The notes under the pieces: model-generated
The model's database searches: none
What the model was told of the DNA's origin: nothing
What the model saw: only the letters and a program-made list of their open reading frames with translations
Position numbers and translations under genes: made by a program
Shown: piece by piece, positions 1 to 10,105 of the stretch
Layout: each line of letters begins with the position of its first letter
How positions within the stretch are numbered: the stretch's first letter is position 1
Source of the DNA: Candidatus Poribacteria bacterium
GTDB lineage: Bacteria; Poribacteria; WGA-4E; WGA-3G
Direction of reading: 5' to 3'
Assembly (NCBI GenBank): GCA_965205015.1
Contig: OZ242029.1
Location: 4,288,001-4,352,000 of the forward strand
DNA: 64,000 nt

Positions 1-553
1 TATCTACGATGGGACTTATGAAAAGACACCCAGTATGGGGTGGATGTTCGTTCCATTGGTAGAGTATCACGGCGGTGGAGCAGCCGCAACATTTGAACCG
101 CTTTGTGAGCATCTCGATGACTATGAATCCCATCTATCACAGAATTTCGGTAGTGGCGTGATTGCATGCTATCGCGGTCCCCGACTTTTTGATACTGAGC
201 AGACGAAAGCGGTGGTTAAGAAATGGGTTGACTTCTACAAAAAGTATCGTCCAATACTGGAGTCTGACCTGATTCACGTGCGTCGTCCGGATGGTCGCTC
301 TATTGATTGTATGCTTCACGTCAATGCGCAAATCACTCCCTGTGGATTGGCGATGCTCTATAATCCGACGCGGACGGTGCAGCGGACCACTTTGAAATTG
401 CCACTCTATTATACTGGAGTGTCTGAAATTGCGAAGATTCGTGAAGCGGAAGGGGCGTTCCAACAGTATAAAATCGACCGGAATTACAACGTTCAGATTC
501 CAATTAAGATGGAAGCCAAGAGTGTTAACTATCTCGTTATCGAACCTGCTTAA
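1..553 (+). CDS. C-terminal part of a putative glycoside hydrolase (alpha-galactosidase-like), truncated by window start
   Basis: Frame is open from position 2 (IYDGTYEKTPSMGWMFVPLVEYHGGGAAATFEPL), a segment I recognise from alpha-galactosidase-like proteins; beta-rich C-terminal domain. Confidence 0.5.
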   Translation, partial: IYDGTYEKTPSMGWMFVPLVEYHGGGAAATFEPLCEHLDDYESHLSQNFGSGVIACYRGPRLFDTEQTKAVVKKWVDFYKKYRPILESDLIHVRRPDGRSIDCMLHVNAQITPCGLAMLYNPTRTVQRTTLKLPLYYTGVSEIAKIREAEGAFQQYKIDRNYNVQIPIKMEAKSVNYLVIEPA

Positions 554-636
554 ACGCAAGAGTTCGTGGCGGAAAATAGTGTAATTCGTGATAATATTGG
601 GGTAATTAACCCCTGCATTCACAAATGGAGGTCAAA

Positions 637-1404
637 ATGAAAGGGATCCAATTAGCGAAATCAATATTGGTATACGGAACGCTGATCTGTATCAGCTTCA
701 TGATGCCGAATTTAAGTTCTGCCAAGCTTGATGCGGACACCCTGTTGGGAATATGGTTCTTTGATGAAGGTAAAGGGGGTGAGGCAAAAGATTCTTCCGA
801 GAACGGTAATGATGGAAAGATTGTTGATGCTCAATGGGTCGATGGTAAGTTTGAAGGCGCCTTAAAGTTTGAAGGGGGTGCGCATGTTGCTGTCGGTGAT
901 TTTTCTGACTATGAAGATGAAGTGTCGATCGTTGCTTTTATTAAAACCCCTGCTGCCCCTGCATGGTCGGATATCATCGTAGGTCCCTGCGGCGATGTTA
1001 TTTTGACCCTAAGGGACCACAAATTAAATTTCGCTGGACAATGTGCCCAACCGATTCCCCATAATACGTGGTCCAAATCCTTGTTGAACGATGATAAGTG
1101 GCATCAGATTGCAGGTACTTATGACGGTAAGACAGTGAAGGTCTATGTCGATGGTGAGGAAGAAGCCTCTAATGCCGCCGCAGGTCCATTTAAAACGGGA
1201 CCGAAGTATATCGGCTCCAGAGACGATAAGCAGGAGGCTTTCACAGGGCTCATTGATGAGATCGCATTTTTCAATGTCGCACTCTCGGATGCGGATGTGA
1301 AAGCGATTGCAGACAGTGGATTATCTATCGCACTCGGTTTTGCCGCGATTTCTCCTCAAGCGAAACTGGCGACGGCTTGGGCGAAATTGAAGACGGAACA
1401 TTAA
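637..1404 (+). CDS. Secreted LamG/concanavalin-like jelly-roll protein with C-terminal ISP..KLATAW..K tail
   Basis: GGAGG at 627-631 before ATG 637; signal peptide; LamG motifs WFFDEG, WHQIAGTYDG, VYVDG, FTGLIDEIAFFNVALS. Confidence 0.85.
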   Translation: MKGIQLAKSILVYGTLICISFMMPNLSSAKLDADTLLGIWFFDEGKGGEAKDSSENGNDGKIVDAQWVDGKFEGALKFEGGAHVAVGDFSDYEDEVSIVAFIKTPAAPAWSDIIVGPCGDVILTLRDHKLNFAGQCAQPIPHNTWSKSLLNDDKWHQIAGTYDGKTVKVYVDGEEEASNAAAGPFKTGPKYIGSRDDKQEAFTGLIDEIAFFNVALSDADVKAIADSGLSIALGFAAISPQAKLATAWAKLKTEH

Positions 1405-1472
1405 CTCGTTAAGGGTATCAACTTCGTTATTATATGTCGGCTCGGGTGGAGTCGTTAGGGGTGAACCAAACG

Positions 1473-2297
1473 TCAAAAATCGGAGGGTTTTGCAACGCGA
1501 CGCCAATGTTGACTGCACTCCAGCGGCCAATCGGTACAGATAGCGTCTATTTTGATAGCGCGGGCTTTGTCCCAGACGTCAGGTTGCTTCTCACTGATGT
1601 GCAAAGCGAGCCAGACTTGTTTACCGAGTTTATGCGCCTGTTCAACTGCTTCCGCATTTGGCATGAAATGTAACCATAAGCAGTCTGCGAGTGGGTCCTG
1701 CAGTGCTGCGACAAACTGGTCGGCTTCACTGTTATTTAGGTATACCGTAGTCTGTAACTTCGGATTGGCTTGTTTGAAGCGACGACTCGAATCACTGGGC
1801 TGACCGAAGGCGCAGAGTTGATTAAACAATCCGTATTTTTCGACGAGTTGCACGATGTTCTTCTCAATCCCCGGCGAGATGACTTTCATGTTCAGTGCGA
1901 TAGTCACTGGGGTTCTTTGACGCTCGCGAATAAGTTTGAATACCTCTTCTAATGTCGGTACTGTCTCTCCATTGAAACGCTGATCGAACCAACGTCCGGC
2001 ATCCAATCTGCGGATTTCCGCCAAGGTCATTTTGGGCACTTCACCGGTGCCGTTGGTCGTGCGGTCCACAGTCTTGTCGTGAATGACCACCAGGCGTTCG
2101 TCGCGGGTCTGGTAGACGTCCAATTCTATTGATAAGCCCAGCTCAATGGCGGCAGCAAAAGCAGGTAAAGTGTTCTCAGGCGCGTGCTCCACCAAACCGC
2201 GGTGAGCAAGCAAGATTGGATCCGCGACCGATGCCTCCACCGTTGGCTCTGGTGGCGCGGCGATCGCATACGTAAACATTAGCATGTTGAAAGGCAT
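1473..2297 (-). CDS. Glycerophosphodiester phosphodiesterase family protein
   Basis: AHRG...PENTLPAF, ELDV, VVIHD..VDRTTNG, AICTDWP motifs. Confidence 0.9.
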   Translation of the reverse strand: MPFNMLMFTYAIAAPPEPTVEASVADPILLAHRGLVEHAPENTLPAFAAAIELGLSIELDVYQTRDERLVVIHDKTVDRTTNGTGEVPKMTLAEIRRLDAGRWFDQRFNGETVPTLEEVFKLIRERQRTPVTIALNMKVISPGIEKNIVQLVEKYGLFNQLCAFGQPSDSSRRFKQANPKLQTTVYLNNSEADQFVAALQDPLADCLWLHFMPNAEAVEQAHKLGKQVWLALHISEKQPDVWDKARAIKIDAICTDWPLECSQHWRRVAKPSDF

Positions 2298-2466
2298 AAT
2301 TGACCTCCGACGGCAAATGATCCTTATCTAAATCATAACACGTTTAGCAAAGACGGTAAATAAAAAAGGTAGGTATTTTTCTGAACAAATTCAGCCCTTA
2401 TTTGCCTAATCTTGATAAAGAACGTATGCTTACCACACAAATTCCGAACGCGTAGAGAGGAAACAG

Positions 2467-4617
2467 ATGAAACGGAAACATGTTATTATACCCCTTTGCT
2501 TGTGTGTCTTGGTGTTTCCATTGGTGCTTGTTCTAAACACTTGGACGCAAGATAAGCTCTCACAGGAAGAGAAACGGTTTGATTTTGACCGAGACGGTGA
2601 GCTCAATGCCTCCGAAAAGGAGTTCATGGTGAGGGTGATGCGGCTGGAAGATGCCAGGGGCACCCAATTCAGTGAGAGCCAGATTCGCGAAATGCGCACC
2701 GGACAGCGAGATAGATCTCGCCGTAGAGGCGGAGGCGGGCGGGGACGCGGTTCAAGAGAGCCTACAGGACCGCGCCTGAATCCAGAGCAGGTCGCATTCA
2801 GGGACGGCACAGCTACTATTCCTGACAGAGAGACCTTTGAAAAGTTGTCGTATCAAGGCACAGAAGTCCGCATTGATACCCAACTTATCGGAATTGAATT
2901 TGTAAAATTTCAGATTGAAAATACACATACACAAACCCCTCAACTTTATTTTATGAATACAGAGACGCATCGTTCACATGGTGCCTTCATGCGCGTTGCG
3001 GGTTTGAGACGAGGGCAAGGACAGATGCGCGGGGTGTTGAGTTATCGTCCACTTTTCACGTCTCCAAATGGTGAACCCGGGGTCTATACCTTTGAGTTTA
3101 ATCCAAACGACGCATTCCCGTTTGAGGAGATCAAGCTTGCCCATGACCTGCTCGTGGCGAAGATGCCGATACTGAAAAACAGACTCGGTTATTGCCCATT
3201 GTGGGGGGCAGTCGGGATTTATGAACGGGAGAAAGCATTCTATGACGCAGCGGAATTCCCTGTTTACTTTGAGGATGATCTTTACGCGAACATCGGTTAT
3301 CTTCCCTTGAATCAGACGTCGTCATTTGGGCGGCTACGTCTGTTGGCGGTAGGTGAACGTCCTGCGGTTCGGGACATTGTTATCTGTAAGACATTACCAA
3401 ACGAGATGCCACGGGTTGCTGGGGTAATTACAGGTGTTCGGCAAACACCGCTTTCGCACGTCAACCTCCGGGCTATGCAAGACAAAGTCCCCAATGCCTT
3501 CATCACTAAGGCGTGGGAGAACAGTTCGATTGCACCGCTCATCGGTAAGTATGTCTACTATGCGGTGAACGCAGACGGCTTTGAAATTAGGGAGGCGACG
3601 CTTAAAGAGGTGGAAACCCACTTCTCTGATTTACGTCCTTCAAAGGTGCAAAAACCTGAACGCGACCTTTCTGTAAGGCGGATTCTACCGCTGGACGACA
3701 TCGGGTTTACGGACGCAGCGCGCTTCGGTGTGAAAACCGCGAACCTCGCAACACTGCGGACGTTCGGATTTCCTGACGGGACTGTTCCGAATGGGTTCGG
3801 GATACCATTCTATTTCTACGACGAATTCATGAAACACAACGGCTTCTATGATGACCTTGGAGGGCTACTCAAGGATACGGCGTTTTTAAGTGATCACGAC
3901 ACAAAGGCAGCTGAACTCAAAAAGTTTCGGACGGAAATTAAAAAGGGTGAGATGCCGGCGTGGATGATGGACGCGCTTTCAGAATTGCATAGTGCATTTC
4001 CAGAAGGGACATCTCTCCGGTGCCGTTCCAGCACTAACAACGAGGATCTCCCCGGTTTCAGCGGTGCCGGTTTGTATGATTCCTATACACACCATCCGCA
4101 TGAGGGACATCTCTCTCAGTCAATCAAACAAGTGTTTGCGAGTCTCTGGAATTTCCGGGCGTTTGAGGCGCGTGATTTCTATCGTATTGACCCTTTCGTT
4201 ACTGCTATGGGGGTGCTCGTCCACCCGAATTTTGAAGGCGAATTGGCGAACGGGGTCGCTGTAAGTGATGATGTTGTTTATCAGACGCAGGGGAATTATT
4301 ACCTCAACACCCAAGTCGGCGAAGATCTCGTAACAAATCCCGAGGCACAGTCCATTCCAGAGGAAATTTTGTTGGATTGGTGGGATAGTAATAATTATAG
4401 GATCATAACGACATCCAATCGAACGGCAGATGGCGCACGAATTCTAAAGGATGCGTATTTACGTCAACTCAGTTTCTATCTTGGAACGATACATAATAAA
4501 TTCAGCCGTCTCTACACCTCTGCTTCACGAACGAACGATTTCGCTATGGAAATTGAGTTCAAGATTACGAGCGAAGGCAAACTCGCGGTCAAGCAGGCGA
4601 GACCGTGGGCGCAGTGA
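2467..4617 (+). CDS. PEP/pyruvate-binding (ATP-grasp) dikinase-like protein with N-terminal signal/anchor, EF-hand-like loop and phospho-His motif
   Basis: GVKTANL, VPNGFGIP, RSSTNNEDLPGFSGAGLYDS, VFASLWNFRA, EIEF, QARP; PLSHVNLRA upstream of these; DFDRDGELNASE near the N-terminus. Confidence 0.8.
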   Translation: MKRKHVIIPLCLCVLVFPLVLVLNTWTQDKLSQEEKRFDFDRDGELNASEKEFMVRVMRLEDARGTQFSESQIREMRTGQRDRSRRRGGGGRGRGSREPTGPRLNPEQVAFRDGTATIPDRETFEKLSYQGTEVRIDTQLIGIEFVKFQIENTHTQTPQLYFMNTETHRSHGAFMRVAGLRRGQGQMRGVLSYRPLFTSPNGEPGVYTFEFNPNDAFPFEEIKLAHDLLVAKMPILKNRLGYCPLWGAVGIYEREKAFYDAAEFPVYFEDDLYANIGYLPLNQTSSFGRLRLLAVGERPAVRDIVICKTLPNEMPRVAGVITGVRQTPLSHVNLRAMQDKVPNAFITKAWENSSIAPLIGKYVYYAVNADGFEIREATLKEVETHFSDLRPSKVQKPERDLSVRRILPLDDIGFTDAARFGVKTANLATLRTFGFPDGTVPNGFGIPFYFYDEFMKHNGFYDDLGGLLKDTAFLSDHDTKAAELKKFRTEIKKGEMPAWMMDALSELHSAFPEGTSLRCRSSTNNEDLPGFSGAGLYDSYTHHPHEGHLSQSIKQVFASLWNFRAFEARDFYRIDPFVTAMGVLVHPNFEGELANGVAVSDDVVYQTQGNYYLNTQVGEDLVTNPEAQSIPEEILLDWWDSNNYRIITTSNRTADGARILKDAYLRQLSFYLGTIHNKFSRLYTSASRTNDFAMEIEFKITSEGKLAVKQARPWAQ

Positions 4618-4637
4618 TTTTACTTTCCGCAACTACT

Positions 4638-4664
4638 GTAGGTGCGGTTTCCCAACCGCACCTA
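4638..4664. repeat. GTAG-type REP palindrome between convergent genes; possible bidirectional terminator
   Basis: taggtgcggtt-tccc-aaccgcaccta, perfect 11-bp stem. Confidence 0.75.
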
Positions 4665-4685
4665 TTCCCAAGAAACTCTTGCCAT

Positions 4686-5723
4686 CTAATTCGCTTTTTT
4701 AAATTCACCCCAGGTTGTGATAAACCTATCTCGTGGTGTTACGCTTAGACTCGGTGCGAATTCTTCAACGGTTGGAAGAATCGCAGGTCCCAAGCCTTCA
4801 GCGACCCCGCCAACGGCATAGATTTTATTCTTCAGGTTCCCAGCTCCCAAGAAAACTCTCGCTGTTGGCATTTCTGGACTTTCCATCCATGTGTCAGTTG
4901 CTGGTTCGTATACTTCGACAGTTGCCAATCCGGGTCCTTGCACTGTAGATGTACCGCCCATAGCGTAGATCTTTGAACCTACTGCACTAACAGCCAGAGC
5001 CGTTCGGGCGGTCGGCATATCTGTTTTCTGTGTCCATGTACCTGAACTCGGATCGTATTCTTCAACCGTTTTAAGAACGGGTCCTTGCACGGCAGGTGTG
5101 CCACCAATGAGATATATTTTTTTGTCAATACTTGCGGCTGCCATTCCTGAACGTGGCGTCGGCATATCTGTTTTCTGCGTCCATGTGTCAGTTGCCGGAT
5201 CATATTCCTCAACAGTACCTAACACGGGTCCGACATTTTGGGCGATGCCTCCAATTGCGTAAATTTTATTTGATATGACAGTCGCTGCAAAAAACGAGCG
5301 TGGCGTCGGCATATCTGTTTTCTGCGTCCATGTGTCAGTTGCCGGATCATATTCTTCGACTGTTCCAAGTGCCGGCGATTGTCCGTTCCATCCCCCGATC
5401 GCATAAATCTTTCCATCAACTACGCATGTTACGACCCCCGCGCGTCCTGCTGGTAGACTCGCTTTCTGGGTCCACTCGTCCTTATCCGAGTCGTAAGCCT
5501 CAACAAAATCAACCGGTTCAGCAAGCATTCCACCGATAGTGTAAAGCTGATTATCAACGGTAGTTACGGAAAAAAAGAGCCTCGGAATCGGCATGTCTGA
5601 TTTTTGTGCCCAGTTTTCGGCGGTGGCACTGTACATCAAGATGAAGGTGAATAGAAGGGTGAACAGCCCACAACAATTAAAAAATGAAAATGCGTTTGAT
5701 CGTATTGTAATTTTTTTTCTCAT
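4686..5723 (-). CDS. Secreted Kelch-repeat beta-propeller protein with C-terminal VTP..RFITTWG..K tail
   Basis: Six KIYAIGG...VEEYDP..DTW..K.DMPTPR-type repeats; N-terminal signal peptide. Confidence 0.9.
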   Translation of the reverse strand: MRKKITIRSNAFSFFNCCGLFTLLFTFILMYSATAENWAQKSDMPIPRLFFSVTTVDNQLYTIGGMLAEPVDFVEAYDSDKDEWTQKASLPAGRAGVVTCVVDGKIYAIGGWNGQSPALGTVEEYDPATDTWTQKTDMPTPRSFFAATVISNKIYAIGGIAQNVGPVLGTVEEYDPATDTWTQKTDMPTPRSGMAAASIDKKIYLIGGTPAVQGPVLKTVEEYDPSSGTWTQKTDMPTARTALAVSAVGSKIYAMGGTSTVQGPGLATVEVYEPATDTWMESPEMPTARVFLGAGNLKNKIYAVGGVAEGLGPAILPTVEEFAPSLSVTPRDRFITTWGEFKKAN

Positions 5724-5861
5724 TAAAACCTCAAAACTTACGAATTCCTGAACGGAATTTCTTTATTAAAGCTCGGTCGGTGTGATGCCTGCTAAGGGCA
5801 TTTTGTATGTGCATGGTGGATATCGCAATTGTTAAAAATGTGCCATCCTAAGAGTCCTCGT

Positions 5862-8108
5862 TTACCGGTTCCACCAATACGTCATTTTCCCCAAAACTGT
5901 CCAACCGAGGAGTTTAACACCGCCATCACGGGTGTCGTAACTCTGGTCGAAGACGAAGTAGATATCGCTGCCGGGACGGTAGATGTAGTTCACCAAAACG
6001 TTAGCCGAGAGGATATCCCTATCGGTACTCCATTGTGAGAACAACTTCGCGAAGAGTAGGGTCGAGAAGGAATACCCAACACGTCCACCGAAAGCGTTGG
6101 CATCGAATTCTTCACCCAGCAGTGTAATGCGGTTAAATTCGATAAACGGTTCTATACTCAACCGAGCTGTCGGTCTGGCGATTGCATCTATTAAAAAACC
6201 GCGCCGTGTTCCACTATAAAATTCACCGAATTCCACCTGCAACCGTGCGGCAATCATACGACTGCTGCTGGTCCGACCGGATACCTGAAATGATGTAAAA
6301 TTGTAATCGCCTTCTGGAATTTCCTGTCCTTGAAGGTTAAACCCTACATCTAAATTTTCAACTGTATTCTTGACTTCAAATCCGAGGTCGTCCCCTGTGT
6401 CAAACTCAAATTGCGTGTCAAAGGTTATCTCTTGGGTTTCCAATTCGTTCGCTTGGGTCAGAACGATATCGACTTCCGGTCCAATCTGAATCTCGCGGAT
6501 ACCAAATTTGTCTGGCCATGGGGTGTAGCTGGCATCACCGCGAAAACGACGGACATCCCGACGTTGAATGTAACCGACTTCAGGATTAAAGTCCTCGCCG
6601 ATGTCTGTGTATGAAGCGTCGAGTCGAAACAGATTCGTGCGCCAATCGCCGCCAATAAAGAAGGCGTAACTGTTCACAGTAATAGCCGATTCAAAGGTCT
6701 GAGACCATAATCCTTGTATGTTGGTTTCTCGCGTCGGACGGTAGGAAAAATCAAGTCCTGCTGTGCGATTGTATGCATCAGCATCTTGCTTATTAATAAG
6801 GATTCCCCCGACAGTTGACCCCTTTAAAATGTCTCGATTCACCCGCACGACTGAATAATTTGTGCGCGGTTTCCTGAATACATTCTCAGGATGGGGGCCG
6901 GGCACGTCCTTTTCATATTTGTCCGTGAATACGTTCAGAATCCCTATACCGTAAGGTCCAATTTTTCCGGTCATTTTGCCACCACCAAGGATCGGAATTG
7001 CACGTCCTCCCGCAAGCCCGATGCGACGGCTATAGAAAAGCAGTAAAGGGGGCGGTCTACGGAAACTCGGGCGTGGAATCCCGACATCGAAAATACTGGC
7101 ACCTTCTAAGAAAAACGGACGCTGTTCGGGAAAAAAGAGGCTAAAGCGCGTCAGGTTCACCTGTTCCTGATCTGCCTCTACTTGGGCAAAATCGGTGTTA
7201 ACGGTCAAATCAGCGGTCAGGTTCGGGGTTACGCCGTATTTGAAATCCACACCGGCTTCAAATACACCTTCAGTTTCTTCTACTGACGATCCATAACTCG
7301 CACCGGGTAGGACATACGGTAGCAATTCCAGATGCCTTGACGGCGTAATACCCTCTAAACCTTCGAGTGTGCCGAAATACGCTGTTCGGTACTTCGCCAA
7401 CCCGCCATACGTTTTGGGTGCTTCATTCCATGCATCAATTTCCCGCTTTCGTGCGATTTCGCGACCGAAGTTTAACCCCCAATTCATCACGTCGCTCTGT
7501 TCAAAGCGGAGTTGGCTGAACGGGATTGCGATTTCCGCTGTCCAATGGTCTTCATTGATTCTACAGCGGCACTCCCAAACAATATCCCAACTTGTGTTGA
7601 GGCTCCCACCACTGTTGGAGACTGCCGTGTCTTCCATCCCACCCACTGGAGTGAATCGGAAGAAAACAGCGTTTCGCCGGTCGTTGTAGGTGTCTAACAG
7701 CAAAAAGCCGTAATCGTTGGAACGCAAGCCTGGAGAATCCCGACGCATGTCGTTGGCGACAATCTTGTCCATCTCATCGTAAAAAATGAAACCGAAGTAC
7801 AGCTTCTTATCATCGTAAAGGATGCGGACTTCGGATGCTTCTGTCGCCGGTTCGCCTTGATCGGGTTGGATTTGATAGAGTTGGCGGATCGGTTCTACGC
7901 TTTGCCAAACGGATTCGTCAAACACCCCATCGACTTTGATTTCCTCAGAAGTCCGGTGTGCTGACATACGTGGCAACTCCCGTTCTGTTTGGGCATCTTG
8001 TGCATTGACACCGGGTGAAACGCATAGAACGCACATCCACAGCAGAAGGGAAAGTTTGATGTTTTGCATATATCGACGCAACTGAAAAATAGTAGTAAAA
8101 TGTCTCAT
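5862..8108 (-). CDS. CBM9-like sugar-binding domain plus DUF5916 (probable outer-membrane beta-barrel) protein
   Basis: IKVDGVFDESVW, EVRILYDD, WTAEIAIPFSQLRF, TVNTDFAQVEAD, NLTRFSLFFPEQRPFFLEG, LFYSRRIG; aromatic C-terminus; true start may be the second Met (MQNIKL). Confidence 0.8.
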   Translation of the reverse strand: MRHFTTIFQLRRYMQNIKLSLLLWMCVLCVSPGVNAQDAQTERELPRMSAHRTSEEIKVDGVFDESVWQSVEPIRQLYQIQPDQGEPATEASEVRILYDDKKLYFGFIFYDEMDKIVANDMRRDSPGLRSNDYGFLLLDTYNDRRNAVFFRFTPVGGMEDTAVSNSGGSLNTSWDIVWECRCRINEDHWTAEIAIPFSQLRFEQSDVMNWGLNFGREIARKREIDAWNEAPKTYGGLAKYRTAYFGTLEGLEGITPSRHLELLPYVLPGASYGSSVEETEGVFEAGVDFKYGVTPNLTADLTVNTDFAQVEADQEQVNLTRFSLFFPEQRPFFLEGASIFDVGIPRPSFRRPPPLLLFYSRRIGLAGGRAIPILGGGKMTGKIGPYGIGILNVFTDKYEKDVPGPHPENVFRKPRTNYSVVRVNRDILKGSTVGGILINKQDADAYNRTAGLDFSYRPTRETNIQGLWSQTFESAITVNSYAFFIGGDWRTNLFRLDASYTDIGEDFNPEVGYIQRRDVRRFRGDASYTPWPDKFGIREIQIGPEVDIVLTQANELETQEITFDTQFEFDTGDDLGFEVKNTVENLDVGFNLQGQEIPEGDYNFTSFQVSGRTSSSRMIAARLQVEFGEFYSGTRRGFLIDAIARPTARLSIEPFIEFNRITLLGEEFDANAFGGRVGYSFSTLLFAKLFSQWSTDRDILSANVLVNYIYRPGSDIYFVFDQSYDTRDGGVKLLGWTVLGKMTYWWNR

Positions 8109-8166
8109 TACAGGTTGGTGCCTCCTTTTTCGCTGCTATATAAAAGGCGGGATTCTCAGGATTGTT

Positions 8167-8195
8167 ATCTTACTACATATAAATCCTACTGTCAA
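8167..8195 (-). promoter_or_regulatory. Sigma70-type promoter for the DUF5916 gene
   Basis: TTGACA-N17-TAAGAT on the minus strand. Confidence 0.55.
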
Positions 8196-8210
8196 GTCCT
8201 TCTGCGAATA

Positions 8211-8777
8211 TCAACGACGATAGATGCTGACCTCCATGCCGTCGCGTCTACCGGGGCGCCGTCGACTCTCAAACCAATGTGTTTCGGAGTCGTAGTGTGA
8301 ACGGACATGCGCTAAGTAATCAGCCATTTGGTCTGCTCTGCCGACGTTGTCAGCAACAATAGTCGCTGGATTGGTTAACCGAGATTCGATGGCTTGGAAA
8401 CAGGCGAAATAGCCATCTTTATTGTTATCAAGGAACAGAAAATCCACCGGTTCTTGGATGGTTTTGAGGACTTCTGCGGCATCACCAATCCGTGAATCGA
8501 CAAGAGCTGCCACACCTGCCCTTTCAAAATGTGTGCGTGCGCGTTGTGCGTTGGCATCCTCTATTTCCACTGTTATCAAACGTCCTGTGCCTAAGGTTTT
8601 TAGCACACGTAGCATCCATAACCCGGAATAACCGATGGCAGTTCCGCATTCTACAATCAGAGAGGGTTTTGCCTTTTCGACGCAACTGGCGAGCAATGTC
8701 GCTTTGTCAGGTCCCAACATAGGGACGCGTTCTTCCCGACACTGTTCCTCGACTTCTGCTAAAACCTGATCTAACAT
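8211..8777 (-). CDS. Class I SAM-dependent O-methyltransferase (catechol/caffeoyl-CoA-like family)
   Basis: IVECGTAIGYSGL, ITVEI, VDFLFLD, IVADNV. Confidence 0.85.
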   Translation of the reverse strand: MLDQVLAEVEEQCREERVPMLGPDKATLLASCVEKAKPSLIVECGTAIGYSGLWMLRVLKTLGTGRLITVEIEDANAQRARTHFERAGVAALVDSRIGDAAEVLKTIQEPVDFLFLDNNKDGYFACFQAIESRLTNPATIVADNVGRADQMADYLAHVRSHYDSETHWFESRRRPGRRDGMEVSIYRR

Positions 8778-10033
8778 TAAGGTGCCTCCATATCTTTGCC
8801 ATCTTGCTGACTGGTGATGTGGTAATCAAAAAGCACATCGTTGATTGTATGATGATCTGTCGCTGCGTAGTGTTCCAAAAGTGTTTTAGGACCGTGATTC
8901 AAGGCGAAAATGCCGTAGTCTTTTCCGTTCGGTGATCGGGTAATGGAATGGATGTGATTCAAGTCCTCGCGGGGTCCATCGTCATCTCGACCGCGACGAC
9001 CCCCTCGATCGCGTCCGCCTCTGTCGCCGCGCCCGCCACCGACACCCCCTTCGTTGTTGAATTCGATCCAAACGGCGGGATTGAAAACGCGGTAGTAAAT
9101 TGGATCATCCGTGGTCGTGCCACCGATCCAGACGAAATAGGTGTTATCAAGTCCTGCATCAACATCTGCCATCCAGATGTCGGCAAACTCGGTTTCCAGA
9201 TTATAGACATACGTCTTAATCAGATTCCGAAGGTTTTCTTTCTGGGTTTCGTTCATCTCTGATGCTTTCAGACCTACACCTACAAAGTCGGAGTAGTCGT
9301 AATTCAGGAACGGATCTTCTGATCTGCCTGGACCGACTTGGAGTTCACGCCGGCCCGTTTGAATTGCTTTCTCTCTCTGATTCTCGTCAAGGCTGTTCAT
9401 GAGTGCGAAGGCATTGCCTCTTTCGTCTTTAAGGACTTCGGTGCCGTTGATGGTGGCAGGCTCGGATCCGATGAAAGCTGGGACGATAGAGACTTCATCA
9501 CCATGCACTAAAAAGTTAAGTGCCAAATGATGTCCGTCTAACTGGAAACCCCACGAACCATCTGTCTCTGGGTTTCCAAATAAGGCTATGTGATAATGAT
9601 TTGGATCCCAAAAGTTGGGTCTGATTTTGTTGAGATATGTTTCAACGTCTTTCGTAATGAGAGAAACTTTGGTATAGCCATCGTCACTCAAAAACGCGCT
9701 CAAAACTTCATGGAAGCGCGTCAGTTGTTCAGTGGATAACTGACCAAAACGAATACCGCCTCGGTCATCATCATTTGGGGGGAAGTTCGACCAACGGTAA
9801 GATTCCTTATGTCCAAGTGGAAAAGAGGCTTCGGTAAGCAGTTTACTACTTAGCGATGCGCGGAAACTTTTCATAACGGTCGCTAAGGCTATGATTGACG
9901 GTTTTGTAGAGATTTCAGCGATCCCTTCTGTGTTTTCTGCTTCAACAGTTGGGGTATCGAAAGTTTTGAGTGTGAGCGCAATTATACTTGATGCGAGCAT
10001 TACGGTGAATATAATTAAAATTTTGCGTAACAT
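8777..10033 (-). CDS. DUF3500 domain protein, exported
   Basis: Signal peptide; WSNFP, Y.IALFGNP...SWGFQLDGHHLALN, YYRV..P..WIEF, NHIHSITRSPNGKDYG. Confidence 0.8.
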   Translation of the reverse strand: MLRKILIIFTVMLASSIIALTLKTFDTPTVEAENTEGIAEISTKPSIIALATVMKSFRASLSSKLLTEASFPLGHKESYRWSNFPPNDDDRGGIRFGQLSTEQLTRFHEVLSAFLSDDGYTKVSLITKDVETYLNKIRPNFWDPNHYHIALFGNPETDGSWGFQLDGHHLALNFLVHGDEVSIVPAFIGSEPATINGTEVLKDERGNAFALMNSLDENQREKAIQTGRRELQVGPGRSEDPFLNYDYSDFVGVGLKASEMNETQKENLRNLIKTYVYNLETEFADIWMADVDAGLDNTYFVWIGGTTTDDPIYYRVFNPAVWIEFNNEGGVGGGRGDRGGRDRGGRRGRDDDGPREDLNHIHSITRSPNGKDYGIFALNHGPKTLLEHYAATDHHTINDVLFDYHITSQQDGKDMEAP

Positions 10034-10105
10034 GGAATCCTCTCAAATAGTTGTTATACTGCCCCAGAGAATACACTCGTCTCTGAAAGCCGTTGTTCCC
10101 ACAAG

